From NCBI GenBank assembly GCA_947629985.1, contig CANRFV010000006.1:29119-93118 (forward strand): 64,000 nt of DNA, in the 5' to 3' direction. The position numbers and the translations under genes are program-made. Position 1 is the stretch's first letter, and every line of letters begins with the position of its first letter. Below the pieces are notes generated by a model. The model searched no databases, was not told the DNA's origin, and saw only the letters and a list, made by a program, of their open reading frames with translations. This document shows positions 36,462-44,708 of the stretch, one piece after another. The DNA comes from an uncultured Clostridia bacterium (GTDB lineage Bacteria > Bacillota > Clostridia > Christensenellales > CAG-314).

Positions 36462-38852
36462 ATGAAAAAATCTATCAAATTGACGGTAGTTGCAATGCTT
36501 TTGGTAGTTTGCTTTGCCTTTACCTTTGTGTTGGGCGCCTGCGAAAAGGTTTCGCCCGAACTCGAAGAAGCGCTGCAACTGATCATTATTCCGCAATCCA
36601 ACGGCGCACAGAGCAAACCCTTTACTCTGCCCAAGGATGCCGGCAATTACAAGGGACAGGTAACCTGGACGTCGTCCAACACCGACGCTCTTGAACTTAC
36701 CGAGCAGGAAGATTCCTTCCTTGCCACCCCCAAACCCGGCGACCAACCCGTAACCGTAACCGTTACGGCTCATCTCGGCAAGGCTAAGCGCGATTTCGAA
36801 ATAACTGTCAGCGGTGTTGACATTTATTCGTTTATCGATTCGTTCCAGTTTGCTCAATTGCAAAAAATCGTTTCCGACAACTTCGATCTGCCCACTTCGG
36901 TGCAGTACGAAGGCAAAACCGCAACCATTTCCTGGTCGGTAAAGGAAGCGGACAGCGGCAACGGCGTTATCAAAGTTGAAGGTAACAAAGTTATCGTAGA
37001 CCAACTCAAACTTACAAACGAAAGCGTTCGCGTACAACTTACCGCAACGTTTACGTATGGTAGCACTTCCGAATCCGCAACTTACGCGTTTTACGCTCGC
37101 AAGAGTTTGGATTACGCTTACGCAACGTCCAAGTGGTATGCCACAACCGGCGAAAAGATCGACGTCAGCGGTTATCTGTTGGCTTTGGGTCAAATCTATT
37201 ACTACGCCAGCGGCGACTTCGGCAATGTGGCGGTTTACGTAATAGACGAATCGTTTACGTACAGTTACTATTTTTACAAAATCAACTTCAACGAAGAAGA
37301 TCTTGACAAACTTAAACCCGGCGTTCACGTCAAGGTAGAAGCGGCACAACTCGCTCCCTACAACGGACTGCTCGAAGGTAACAACGGTACTCTTACCGTA
37401 GACGACGAAGATCCTATCGATGTAGAAGATTACATCTACACTCAATTCGAAGACGACCTTATCGGTAACGTTCCCGAATTGCCGTATCACACCGGCGGAC
37501 TTGTAAAACTTTCCAATTGGAAGGTAGACAGCGTTTCCGCTAATGTAAGCGGCAAATCCGGCACTATTGCAACTCTCTCCAAGGGTAGTGCAAAAGTTAC
37601 TATCGGATACAACAACGCTATGGAAGGCTCTTACAAGAGTACGGACGCCGAAGGACAGGACGAAGTTGCCACCGCATTGATCAACAAAGTTAAGGGTCTG
37701 CAAGTAGGCAGTTACGTAACCGTTACGGGTATTATGTCCTATTTCAATGGATGGCAGATTTTGCCGCGTAGCGCAGGCGACGTGGTTGAAGGCACCGAAC
37801 AGGCTGCAAGCACCAACGGTACAACAGCCAAGGCGGCGATCGACGACGTAATGCCCAAGATCGAAGCGCTCAACCCCGGCGTATTTGCGGCACCCGCAAC
37901 GCTCGAATTGCCCACAAGCAGCGGCAGCGTAGCGGTATCTTACCGTGTATGCGGCGTGTCCAAATCTGTCGCACTCGACGGTAACAAACTTGTTATCACT
38001 CCCGCCGAAGCGGCAGAAGACACCGGCGTGGAAGTTATCTTTACGGTAGGCACTTACACAACGCACACTTACTTTACGGTTTCCGCGCAAACTCTTGACG
38101 ACGCAGCGATCGTAGCGGAAGTAAAAGCGTCTATCGACAGCGAACTGAAAAAGGACTATACGTCCGCCGCAACTGTAGAATTGCCGGTAGAAACCGCATA
38201 TCCCGGCGTTACGGTAACTTGGGCTATCAAGGATACTTGCGCATGGGCGTCGCTTAGCGGCAGCACGCTTACCCTTACCCAACCCGAAACAGCGGGCACG
38301 GTAACATTGGTTGCTACAATCAAACTCAATTCCGTAACAGACACCAAGGAAGTTGTGTTTAGCATGGCAGCGGCTGTTAAGGGTGTTCTTGCAAGATTCG
38401 ATTTGGGCGAAGACGGCGAAGAAGGCCATTACGACGGATCGGGTGCTCCCGACGGTGAATCGCTCGTGTTCGAAAGCGGCAATTACACTTTGTCTTTTGA
38501 CAAATGTCAAAAAGTTTACAAAGACGCTCGCGACGAAAAAGGTAACGGCGCTCTCAAATTGGGTACAAGTGATAAAGCGGCAAGTTTCTCGATTACTGTC
38601 GGCGACGATGTAAAAGCGGTTAGATTCTATATAGCTAAATACAAGACCTATGATTCGTATATCAAGATCAACGGTACGCAATACGAACTTACCAAGAACT
38701 CCAACGACGGCGAATATGATGTGATCGTTATCGACACTTCGACGAATAAGACCATCACTTTCGAAACATTCGATATAGATCCAACGGCCAAATATCATTC
38801 CGTACGTTGCATGATCAACACGATCGAGTTCCTGTCGGAACTTCCCGCTTAA
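36462..38852 (+). CDS. large surface lipoprotein (796 aa) with four Ig-like repeats and OB-fold-like modules
   Basis: Lipobox VLGAC. Four repeats share the pattern (L)P....(V/I)(S/T)W......(L/I)....G..(L/V)......V.(L/V)(T/V)AT. OB-like segment VGSYVTVTGIMSYFNGWQILP. Confidence 0.7.
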   Translation: MKKSIKLTVVAMLLVVCFAFTFVLGACEKVSPELEEALQLIIIPQSNGAQSKPFTLPKDAGNYKGQVTWTSSNTDALELTEQEDSFLATPKPGDQPVTVTVTAHLGKAKRDFEITVSGVDIYSFIDSFQFAQLQKIVSDNFDLPTSVQYEGKTATISWSVKEADSGNGVIKVEGNKVIVDQLKLTNESVRVQLTATFTYGSTSESATYAFYARKSLDYAYATSKWYATTGEKIDVSGYLLALGQIYYYASGDFGNVAVYVIDESFTYSYYFYKINFNEEDLDKLKPGVHVKVEAAQLAPYNGLLEGNNGTLTVDDEDPIDVEDYIYTQFEDDLIGNVPELPYHTGGLVKLSNWKVDSVSANVSGKSGTIATLSKGSAKVTIGYNNAMEGSYKSTDAEGQDEVATALINKVKGLQVGSYVTVTGIMSYFNGWQILPRSAGDVVEGTEQAASTNGTTAKAAIDDVMPKIEALNPGVFAAPATLELPTSSGSVAVSYRVCGVSKSVALDGNKLVITPAEAAEDTGVEVIFTVGTYTTHTYFTVSAQTLDDAAIVAEVKASIDSELKKDYTSAATVELPVETAYPGVTVTWAIKDTCAWASLSGSTLTLTQPETAGTVTLVATIKLNSVTDTKEVVFSMAAAVKGVLARFDLGEDGEEGHYDGSGAPDGESLVFESGNYTLSFDKCQKVYKDARDEKGNGALKLGTSDKAASFSITVGDDVKAVRFYIAKYKTYDSYIKINGTQYELTKNSNDGEYDVIVIDTSTNKTITFETFDIDPTAKYHSVRCMINTIEFLSELPA

Positions 38853-38930
38853 TTGCAAACGGCGTGCTACAATTGGTTGACGTGATTTAACAGCCGAACT
38901 TGCGGCGACAACGCAATTCAACTTACACTG

Positions 38931-38967
38931 ATAACGGCTTCGGATTTTTCCGAAGCCGTTATTTTGT
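38931..38967 (+). terminator. strong intrinsic terminator ending the operon
   Basis: ATAACGGCTTCGGA-TTTTT-TCCGAAGCCGTTAT followed by TTTG. Confidence 0.85.
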
Positions 38968-38983
38968 CTCTCTTCACGCACAC

Positions 38984-39033
38984 GTGGTAGGTTTATCTTG
39001 CAATTTACACCGATGTGTGGTATATTTATCTTG
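38984..39033 (+). promoter_or_regulatory. promoter (TTGCAA-17-TATATT, 38998-39026) overlapped by two 17-nt direct repeats
   Basis: GTGGTAGGTTTATCTTG (38984-39000) and GTGGTATATTTATCTTG (39017-39033). 15/17 identical, 33 nt apart, covering the -35 and -10 elements. Confidence 0.55.
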
Positions 39034-39052
39034 TTTTAGAGTAAAGGGTTCT

Positions 39053-40270
39053 ATGCAGTTATATTACAACGCTACCGACGTCGTAAAATATTTTTCGGCG
39101 TTGTACGGCAAATCGCATTACGATCAATATTTGCGTTACAATCGGGTATTAAGCGCTTTTGCGCGCATTTTCGGCGGCAGCGGTGCATATTTGTGCAGCG
39201 TAAGCGGGCGCGTGGAACTTATCGGCAATCACACCGACCACAACGGCGGCAGAGTGCTCGGTTGCGCAATAGATTTGGACGTGGTTGCGGCGTTTCGTCC
39301 CAACGGCGGCAACGTCATCAACGTGGAAGGTCGCGGGCGTAACAAAATATCGGTCGATCTGCCCGCCCCCGCCAAAATATGCGGCAGTGCGGGCTTGGTG
39401 CGGGGCGTTGCGGAGTATTTGGCGTCCTGCGGTTACGTTGTGGGCGGCTTTGACGCTTACACCGATTCTACCGTAATGGGCGGTGCGGGCATTTCGTCCA
39501 GTGCCGCGTTTGAAACCGCAATTGCCGCCATTATCAACAACTGTTTCAACAACGGCAACATTCCCTACGACGTTATTGCGCGTGCGGGACAGTACGCCGA
39601 AAACAAATATTTCAACAAGCCGTGCGGACTGTTGGATCAAAGCGTGGTCGCCTTGGGCGGCGCGGTCGCTCTCGACTTTGCCGACGGCATTGCTTGCACC
39701 CGCCTTGACGTTGCCCATTGCCCCGTGCAACTTGTGCTTGTGGATACGGGCGTAAGCCACTCCGACTTGTCGCCGCTGTATGCCGCCATTCCGAGCGAAA
39801 TGTTTGCCGTGGCGCAGTATTTTGGGTGCAAGCGCTTGATAGAAGTGGACGAACGGGCGTTTGCGCGCAGTTACGACGACGTTGCGCGCGTTGTCGGCGA
39901 GCGTGCGGCGCTTAGAGCCAAGCACTTTTTTGAAGAAAACCGTCGCGTAGACCAAGCGCAAGCGGCATTGCTTTCGGGCGACGCCCCCGCCTTGATTGCC
40001 GCCGTAAACGCGTCCGGCGACAGCAGTTTGTACCAATTGCAAAATTGTTCCGTTTCGCCGTCGGATACGGCAATAGCCGATATTATCGCGGCGGCTCGCG
40101 CCATATGTCCCTGCGGAGCGCGCGTACACGGCGGCGGTTTTGCGGGAACGGTGCTGTGCGTAGTGCCTAACGAACATTCGGCGTATTTTACCGAGCGCGC
40201 GGCGCAATTGTTCGGGCGCGAGCGCGTGTATCCGCTGCGTTTGCGTACCGCGGGCGCAACTGTGCTGTAA
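39053..40270 (+). CDS. galactokinase-family GHMP sugar kinase
   Basis: GRVELIGNHTDHNGG (galactokinase signature-like), GGAGISSSAAFE (GHMP motif 2) and GARVHGGGFAGTVL (motif 3). Start trimmed to ATG 39053. Confidence 0.75.
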   Translation: MQLYYNATDVVKYFSALYGKSHYDQYLRYNRVLSAFARIFGGSGAYLCSVSGRVELIGNHTDHNGGRVLGCAIDLDVVAAFRPNGGNVINVEGRGRNKISVDLPAPAKICGSAGLVRGVAEYLASCGYVVGGFDAYTDSTVMGGAGISSSAAFETAIAAIINNCFNNGNIPYDVIARAGQYAENKYFNKPCGLLDQSVVALGGAVALDFADGIACTRLDVAHCPVQLVLVDTGVSHSDLSPLYAAIPSEMFAVAQYFGCKRLIEVDERAFARSYDDVARVVGERAALRAKHFFEENRRVDQAQAALLSGDAPALIAAVNASGDSSLYQLQNCSVSPSDTAIADIIAAARAICPCGARVHGGGFAGTVLCVVPNEHSAYFTERAAQLFGRERVYPLRLRTAGATVL

Positions 40271-40297
40271 TTTGATTTTGCCAATCTTTGTCAAGCA

Positions 40298-40324
40298 AGT
40301 TCCGCCTGTGCGGAACTTTTTTTT
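40298..40324 (+). terminator. intrinsic terminator after the kinase gene
   Basis: AGTTCCGC-CTGT-GCGGAACT followed by eight T. Confidence 0.85.
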
Positions 40325-40592
40325 GCGCTTATTAACGTTTTTTATAATTTTGCATTTAATATAATTTTTTTAGCCATTTCATATTAACTATGCGCAAGTT
40401 TTACCGCGCATTTAACATTATTTATGCGGAGTTATTTATTTTTTGTATTTAATATTATTTTTCTTTTGCATTTTACCATCTGTTTTATGCCGCTTTACAT
40501 TTCACATTTCTATGCGCAACGCTTATTACATTACATTTAATAACATCTTTCTTGCCATTTTGCTTTTAATATCGCCTGCGCGGAACTTTTTT
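40303..40592 (+). repeat. 20-nt direct repeats flanking an AT-rich block of about 250 bp
   Basis: CGCCTGTGCGGAACTTTTTT (40303-40322) and CGCCTGCGCGGAACTTTTTT (40573-40592), 19/20 identical. The interior is AT-rich with recurring TTTAATAT and TATGCGCAA words. Confidence 0.7.
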
Positions 40593-40626
40593 GTCGTTTT
40601 TTGTCGAAAATGTCATCAAAATGTCG
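40592..40626 (+). promoter_or_regulatory. four same-orientation TGTCR words at 9-11 nt spacing
   Basis: TGTCG 40592, TGTCG 40602, TGTCA 40611 and TGTCG 40622, each in an A/T context. A further TTGTCA lies at 40645. Confidence 0.35.
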
Positions 40627-40705
40627 CAAAAATGAAAATAGTTATTGTCAAAAAACTTTTTGTTTAGCATTAGTAAAAAAAGTTTAGTAAAAATAATAAA
40701 AACGT

Positions 40706-40734
40706 TTGACATTACTTAATGCCTTGTATATACT
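40706..40734 (+). promoter_or_regulatory. sigma-A-type promoter giving a leader of about 360 nt before the XRE-cupin/pot genes
   Basis: TTGACA, 17-nt spacer, TATACT. Confidence 0.55.
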
Positions 40735-41099
40735 GTATACGTTGCCTAAGGCACAAATATTTTTATCGTATATGCGCAACTTTCTTAACGTTGTTGCGCG
40801 CCGTGAAATGCGGCAGTACCGTAAATAATGTTTTGTTTGCCTAAGGTAATTTTTTTTGCAAGCCGCTGTCGGCAGCGTTGCGTGTTTGCGGCGCCTTGTG
40901 CGTTTTGCCTTTGGGCAGGGCGCGGGCGTTTGCGCCTACTCGGTTGGCGGCGTAGTGCAAGCGGCGCTGCGTTGTGCAATTACGCAATGTGTGCGCCGTG
41001 CGGTATGGTTTATTGTAAATAACGTTTGCGCGTTGGGCTTATGTTGCCGCAAGTATGCGGTATACGATTGACGGCGCAAGCGGTGGGAGAGTGAGTTTT

Positions 41100-41636
41100 A
41101 TGATAGAGATCGGCAAAAAAATAAAGCAGTACCGATTGCAACTCGATCTTACGCAGGAAGAATTGGCATTGCGCACCGAGTTGACCAAAGGGTACATTTC
41201 GCAATTGGAAAACGACCTGTGTTCGCCGTCGATAGCCACCTTGCAGGACATTCTCAACGTGTTGGGGGTAAGTTTGCAGGATTTCTTTACCGAGCCGCAG
41301 GCAGAGCAGGTGGTGTACACCGCAAGCGACTATTTTGTATCGAAAAACGGCGACGGCAACAACACCTGGCTTATTCCCAATTCGCAGGTAAAGCAAATGG
41401 AACCGATAATTCTCACCTTGCCCAAGGGCGGCAGCAGCGAAGAGCGCTATCCCTTCGAAGGCGAAGAATTCGGCTATGTGTTGCAGGGCGAAGTGGAAAT
41501 TGTAACCTTGCAGGAACGTTACAGGCTAAAACAGGGCGAATCCTTTTCCATCGACGGAAAAAAACAGCACACAATAAAAAATTTACAAAAAGGCGAAAGC
41601 AAAGTTTTGTGGGTAACCACCCCGTCTAACTTTTAG
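41100..41636 (+). CDS. XRE-family transcriptional regulator with C-terminal cupin domain
   Basis: HTH IKQYRLQLDLTQEELALRTELTKGYISQLEN, plus a cupin (GEEFGYVLQGEVEI...). Start trimmed to ATG 41100. Confidence 0.85.
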   Translation: MIEIGKKIKQYRLQLDLTQEELALRTELTKGYISQLENDLCSPSIATLQDILNVLGVSLQDFFTEPQAEQVVYTASDYFVSKNGDGNNTWLIPNSQVKQMEPIILTLPKGGSSEERYPFEGEEFGYVLQGEVEIVTLQERYRLKQGESFSIDGKKQHTIKNLQKGESKVLWVTTPSNF

Positions 41637-41645
41637 GAGGAAACA

Positions 41646-43100
41646 ATGGACGACAAAATCATCGAGATCAAGAACGTAAACAAATCGTACAGCGACAAAC
41701 CCGTGGTAAAAAATTTGTCGCTTACCATCAAGCGCGGCGAGTTTGTAACCTTGCTGGGTCCTTCCGGTTGCGGCAAAACCACAACGTTGCGTATGATTGC
41801 CGGTTTTGAACAGCCCACCGACGGCAAAATTTACTTCAACGGCACGGATATTACTCAATTGCCGCCGCACAAGCGCAATATCAACACGGTTTTTCAGCGC
41901 TATGCCCTGTTTCCTCATCTCAACGTATTCGGCAACATCGCGTTCGGGCTCAAAATGAAGTACGTGCCGGACGGCGAACCGAAAACCGACTCCAAGGGCA
42001 ACCAAGTGCAAAAAATGCGCCGTCTTACCAAGGCGGAAATAACCGAAAAAGTAAACAACGCGCTCAAAATGGTAGATTTGGAAGATTACGGACATCGTTC
42101 GGTCAACTCGCTTAGCGGCGGTCAGCAACAGCGCGTTGCCATTGCCCGCGCATTGGTAAACGAGCCTCAGGTATTGTTGTTGGACGAGCCGTTGGGCGCG
42201 CTGGACCTTAAAATGCGCAAGGATATGCAATTGGAACTGATGGCTATGCACAAGCAATTGGGCATTACTTTTGTGTACGTAACGCACGATCAGGAAGAAG
42301 CGCTTACGATGTCCGACACCATCGTGGTAATGAAGGACGGCGAAATTCAGCAAATAGGCACCCCCAACAAGGTGTACGACGAGCCTGCAAATGCGTTTGT
42401 AGCCGACTTTATTGGCGAATCGAACATTCTGTCGGGCACTATGGTAAAGGATTGCTGCGTCGAAATAGACGGGCACCGCTTTGAGTGCGTTGACAAGGGC
42501 TTCAAGTTTAACGAGCCTATCGACGTAATTATTCGTCCCGAGGACATCAAGATTGTACCCGCGGACGGCGCCGATTGCCTTATTACCGCCAAGGTGCTTT
42601 CCTGCGTGTTTAAGGGCGACCACTATCAGGTAACCGCCCTTACCGACGGCGAAGAACACAACGAAATTATCATTCACGACAACGTAGAAGTGCAAACGGG
42701 CGACGCGATCGGGCTGTACATCAAGCCTTTCGACTTCCACATTATGCACAAGTCGCGCCTTATCAACACAATTGAGGGCGAAATGTACGCGCCGCACACG
42801 GTGGAATTTTGCGAAGGTCGTTTTGAATGTACAAGCGACCTGCCCGAAGGCACCAAGGTAAGCGTAAAGGTGGATTTCGACGACGTGGAACTTACCGACG
42901 ACGAAGAAGACGGCACAATCGGCGCCACGGTAATTTCGGCAATATACAAGGGCAGTTATTGGCAATATATAGTGCGTTCGGACGACTATTACGACTTTTT
43001 TGTGGACAACGACTACGAGTGGAGCATAGGCGACCGCGTAGGCATACGTATTGCCCCCGACAAAATTATTGTCGAGGAGGTGCCCGATGAACAAGAGTAA
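41646..43100 (+). CDS. potA: spermidine/putrescine ABC transporter ATP-binding protein with an internal insertion and a duplicated C-terminal domain
   Basis: GPSGCGKTT, LSGGQQQRVAIARAL and LLLDEPLGALD motifs. 484 aa. Two similar C-terminal modules (FKGDHYQVTAL...GDAIGLYIKP and YKGSYWQYIVR...GDRVGIRIAP). Confidence 0.85.
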   Translation: MDDKIIEIKNVNKSYSDKPVVKNLSLTIKRGEFVTLLGPSGCGKTTTLRMIAGFEQPTDGKIYFNGTDITQLPPHKRNINTVFQRYALFPHLNVFGNIAFGLKMKYVPDGEPKTDSKGNQVQKMRRLTKAEITEKVNNALKMVDLEDYGHRSVNSLSGGQQQRVAIARALVNEPQVLLLDEPLGALDLKMRKDMQLELMAMHKQLGITFVYVTHDQEEALTMSDTIVVMKDGEIQQIGTPNKVYDEPANAFVADFIGESNILSGTMVKDCCVEIDGHRFECVDKGFKFNEPIDVIIRPEDIKIVPADGADCLITAKVLSCVFKGDHYQVTALTDGEEHNEIIIHDNVEVQTGDAIGLYIKPFDFHIMHKSRLINTIEGEMYAPHTVEFCEGRFECTSDLPEGTKVSVKVDFDDVELTDDEEDGTIGATVISAIYKGSYWQYIVRSDDYYDFFVDNDYEWSIGDRVGIRIAPDKIIVEEVPDEQE

Positions 43101-43887
43101 ATTCAAGTTTCGCTTTACGCGCCGCGCGTTTGCCTACCCCTATATGGCGTTTTTGCTTTTGTTTGTGGTGGTGCCGCTGGTAATTATACTTATCAACGCG
43201 TTTTTGGACGAAGGCAAACTTACTTTTGCCAACTTTGCGGAGTTCTTTTCCAATGCCGGCGGCGGGCTTACGGTATTGGGCAATTCGCTCATTATCGGGT
43301 TGGTAACCACGCTCATTTGCTTGGCGATCGGGTATCCGTGCGCGTATTTGCTTGCCAAATATCACGCGTCCAACCGCGTGTTGGTGTTGCTGTTTATACT
43401 GCCGATGTGGGTAAACTTTCTTATCCGCACGCTGTCTACCAAGGCGATATTTATGTCGTTGAACGTCGAGTTGGGTATGGGCACGGTGCTGTTCGGCATG
43501 GTGTACAACTATTTGCCGTATATGATATTGCCGTTGCACACAACATTGGTATCTATCGACCACAGTTACATCGAAGCGGCGGAAGATCTTGGCGCGGACC
43601 GCTTGTCCGTATTGCTCAAAGCGGTAATTCCGCTGTCCGTTCCCGGTATAGTAAGCGGCATTACAATGACGTTTATTCCCGCAATATCCACGTTTGCCAT
43701 TTCCGAAATACTCAGCGGCAGCAAAATTTACCTGTTCGGCGACGCAATAAATATGCACTTTGCCAAAACAACCAACAGTTTGGGCGTGGGCAGCGTAATG
43801 AGTTTGGTAATGCTGGTGTTGGTAATTGTCGCTAACGTAATAGTAAATCTTACAAACAAGGAAGAGGAGGTAAACAGCGTATTATGA
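43087..43887 (+). CDS. potB: spermidine/putrescine ABC transporter permease
   Basis: PotB-type six-TM permease with EAA loop (EAAEDLGADRLSVLLKAVIPLS). Overlaps the potA 3' end. Confidence 0.85.
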   Translation: MNKSKFKFRFTRRAFAYPYMAFLLLFVVVPLVIILINAFLDEGKLTFANFAEFFSNAGGGLTVLGNSLIIGLVTTLICLAIGYPCAYLLAKYHASNRVLVLLFILPMWVNFLIRTLSTKAIFMSLNVELGMGTVLFGMVYNYLPYMILPLHTTLVSIDHSYIEAAEDLGADRLSVLLKAVIPLSVPGIVSGITMTFIPAISTFAISEILSGSKIYLFGDAINMHFAKTTNSLGVGSVMSLVMLVLVIVANVIVNLTNKEEEVNSVL

Positions 43888-44708
43888 AAAAAGGCAATTT
43901 AATGCGCCGCATTTGCGCCGACGGCTATCTCGGCTTGGTGTTGGCTCTGCTGTATTTACCCATATTTCTTATTATAATTTTCAGTTTTTCGGGGACAAGC
44001 AACTTCCGTTTTCCCGACGGCTTTACGTTCGATTCGTACAAGGCGCTGTTCGACAGCGAACAGAGCGCAGGGTTGCTTTCCGCGCTTAAATATACCGCAA
44101 TATTGGCGGTATCTGCCAGCGTAATAAGCACAATATTGGGCGCGTTTAGTACCATTGGCATATTTTACCTTAACAAACGCGTAAAAAAGGCGGTTCTTAC
44201 AGTAAACCAACTGCCTATGATCAACAGCGAAATTGTAATGGCGGTATCGCTGATGATGTTTTTTGCGTTGCTTCAATTCATTTTTCCGCAGGGTATGACG
44301 CGCCTGATAATAAGCCACGTTGCCTTTTGTACGCCGTACGTTGTGCTGTCCATTTTGCCCCGTTTGCAAAAAATGGACCCCAATATGTACGAAGCGGCGC
44401 TGGATCTGGGTTCGAGCCCCTTCGGCGCAATGATCAAAGTGGTATTTCCGTATATTATGCCCGGCATAGTAAGCGGTTTTGCAATGGCGTTTACGCTGTC
44501 GTTGGACGACTTTATCATTACGCAGTTCAACAAGGGCGATACGGGCATCGAAACGCTGTCTACGTACATTTACGAAGACGCGCGCGTAAAAAGTCTGGAA
44601 CCGTTTTGGTTTGCGGTATTCAGCATCTTTTCGGTTGTGATGTTTACTTTGCTGCTGCTTATCAACATCAAAAAATCCGGCAATAAGGAGGCAAAGGTAA
44701 AACAATGA
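43884..44708 (+). CDS. potC: spermidine/putrescine ABC transporter permease
   Basis: PotC-type permease with EAA loop (EAALDLGSSPFGAMIKVVFPY). ATGA overlap with potB. Confidence 0.85.
   Translation: MKKGNLMRRICADGYLGLVLALLYLPIFLIIIFSFSGTSNFRFPDGFTFDSYKALFDSEQSAGLLSALKYTAILAVSASVISTILGAFSTIGIFYLNKRVKKAVLTVNQLPMINSEIVMAVSLMMFFALLQFIFPQGMTRLIISHVAFCTPYVVLSILPRLQKMDPNMYEAALDLGSSPFGAMIKVVFPYIMPGIVSGFAMAFTLSLDDFIITQFNKGDTGIETLSTYIYEDARVKSLEPFWFAVFSIFSVVMFTLLLLINIKKSGNKEAKVKQ

Noticed and set aside
36435-38981. 848-aa ORF on the minus strand, the longest ORF in the window
   Set aside because: It lies entirely antisense to the 796-aa lipoprotein gene. It has an Arg/Val/Phe/Cys-rich composition, no RBS and no recognisable motif. 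The plus-strand frame has an RBS, a lipobox and internally repeated domains. I treat it as a shadow ORF.
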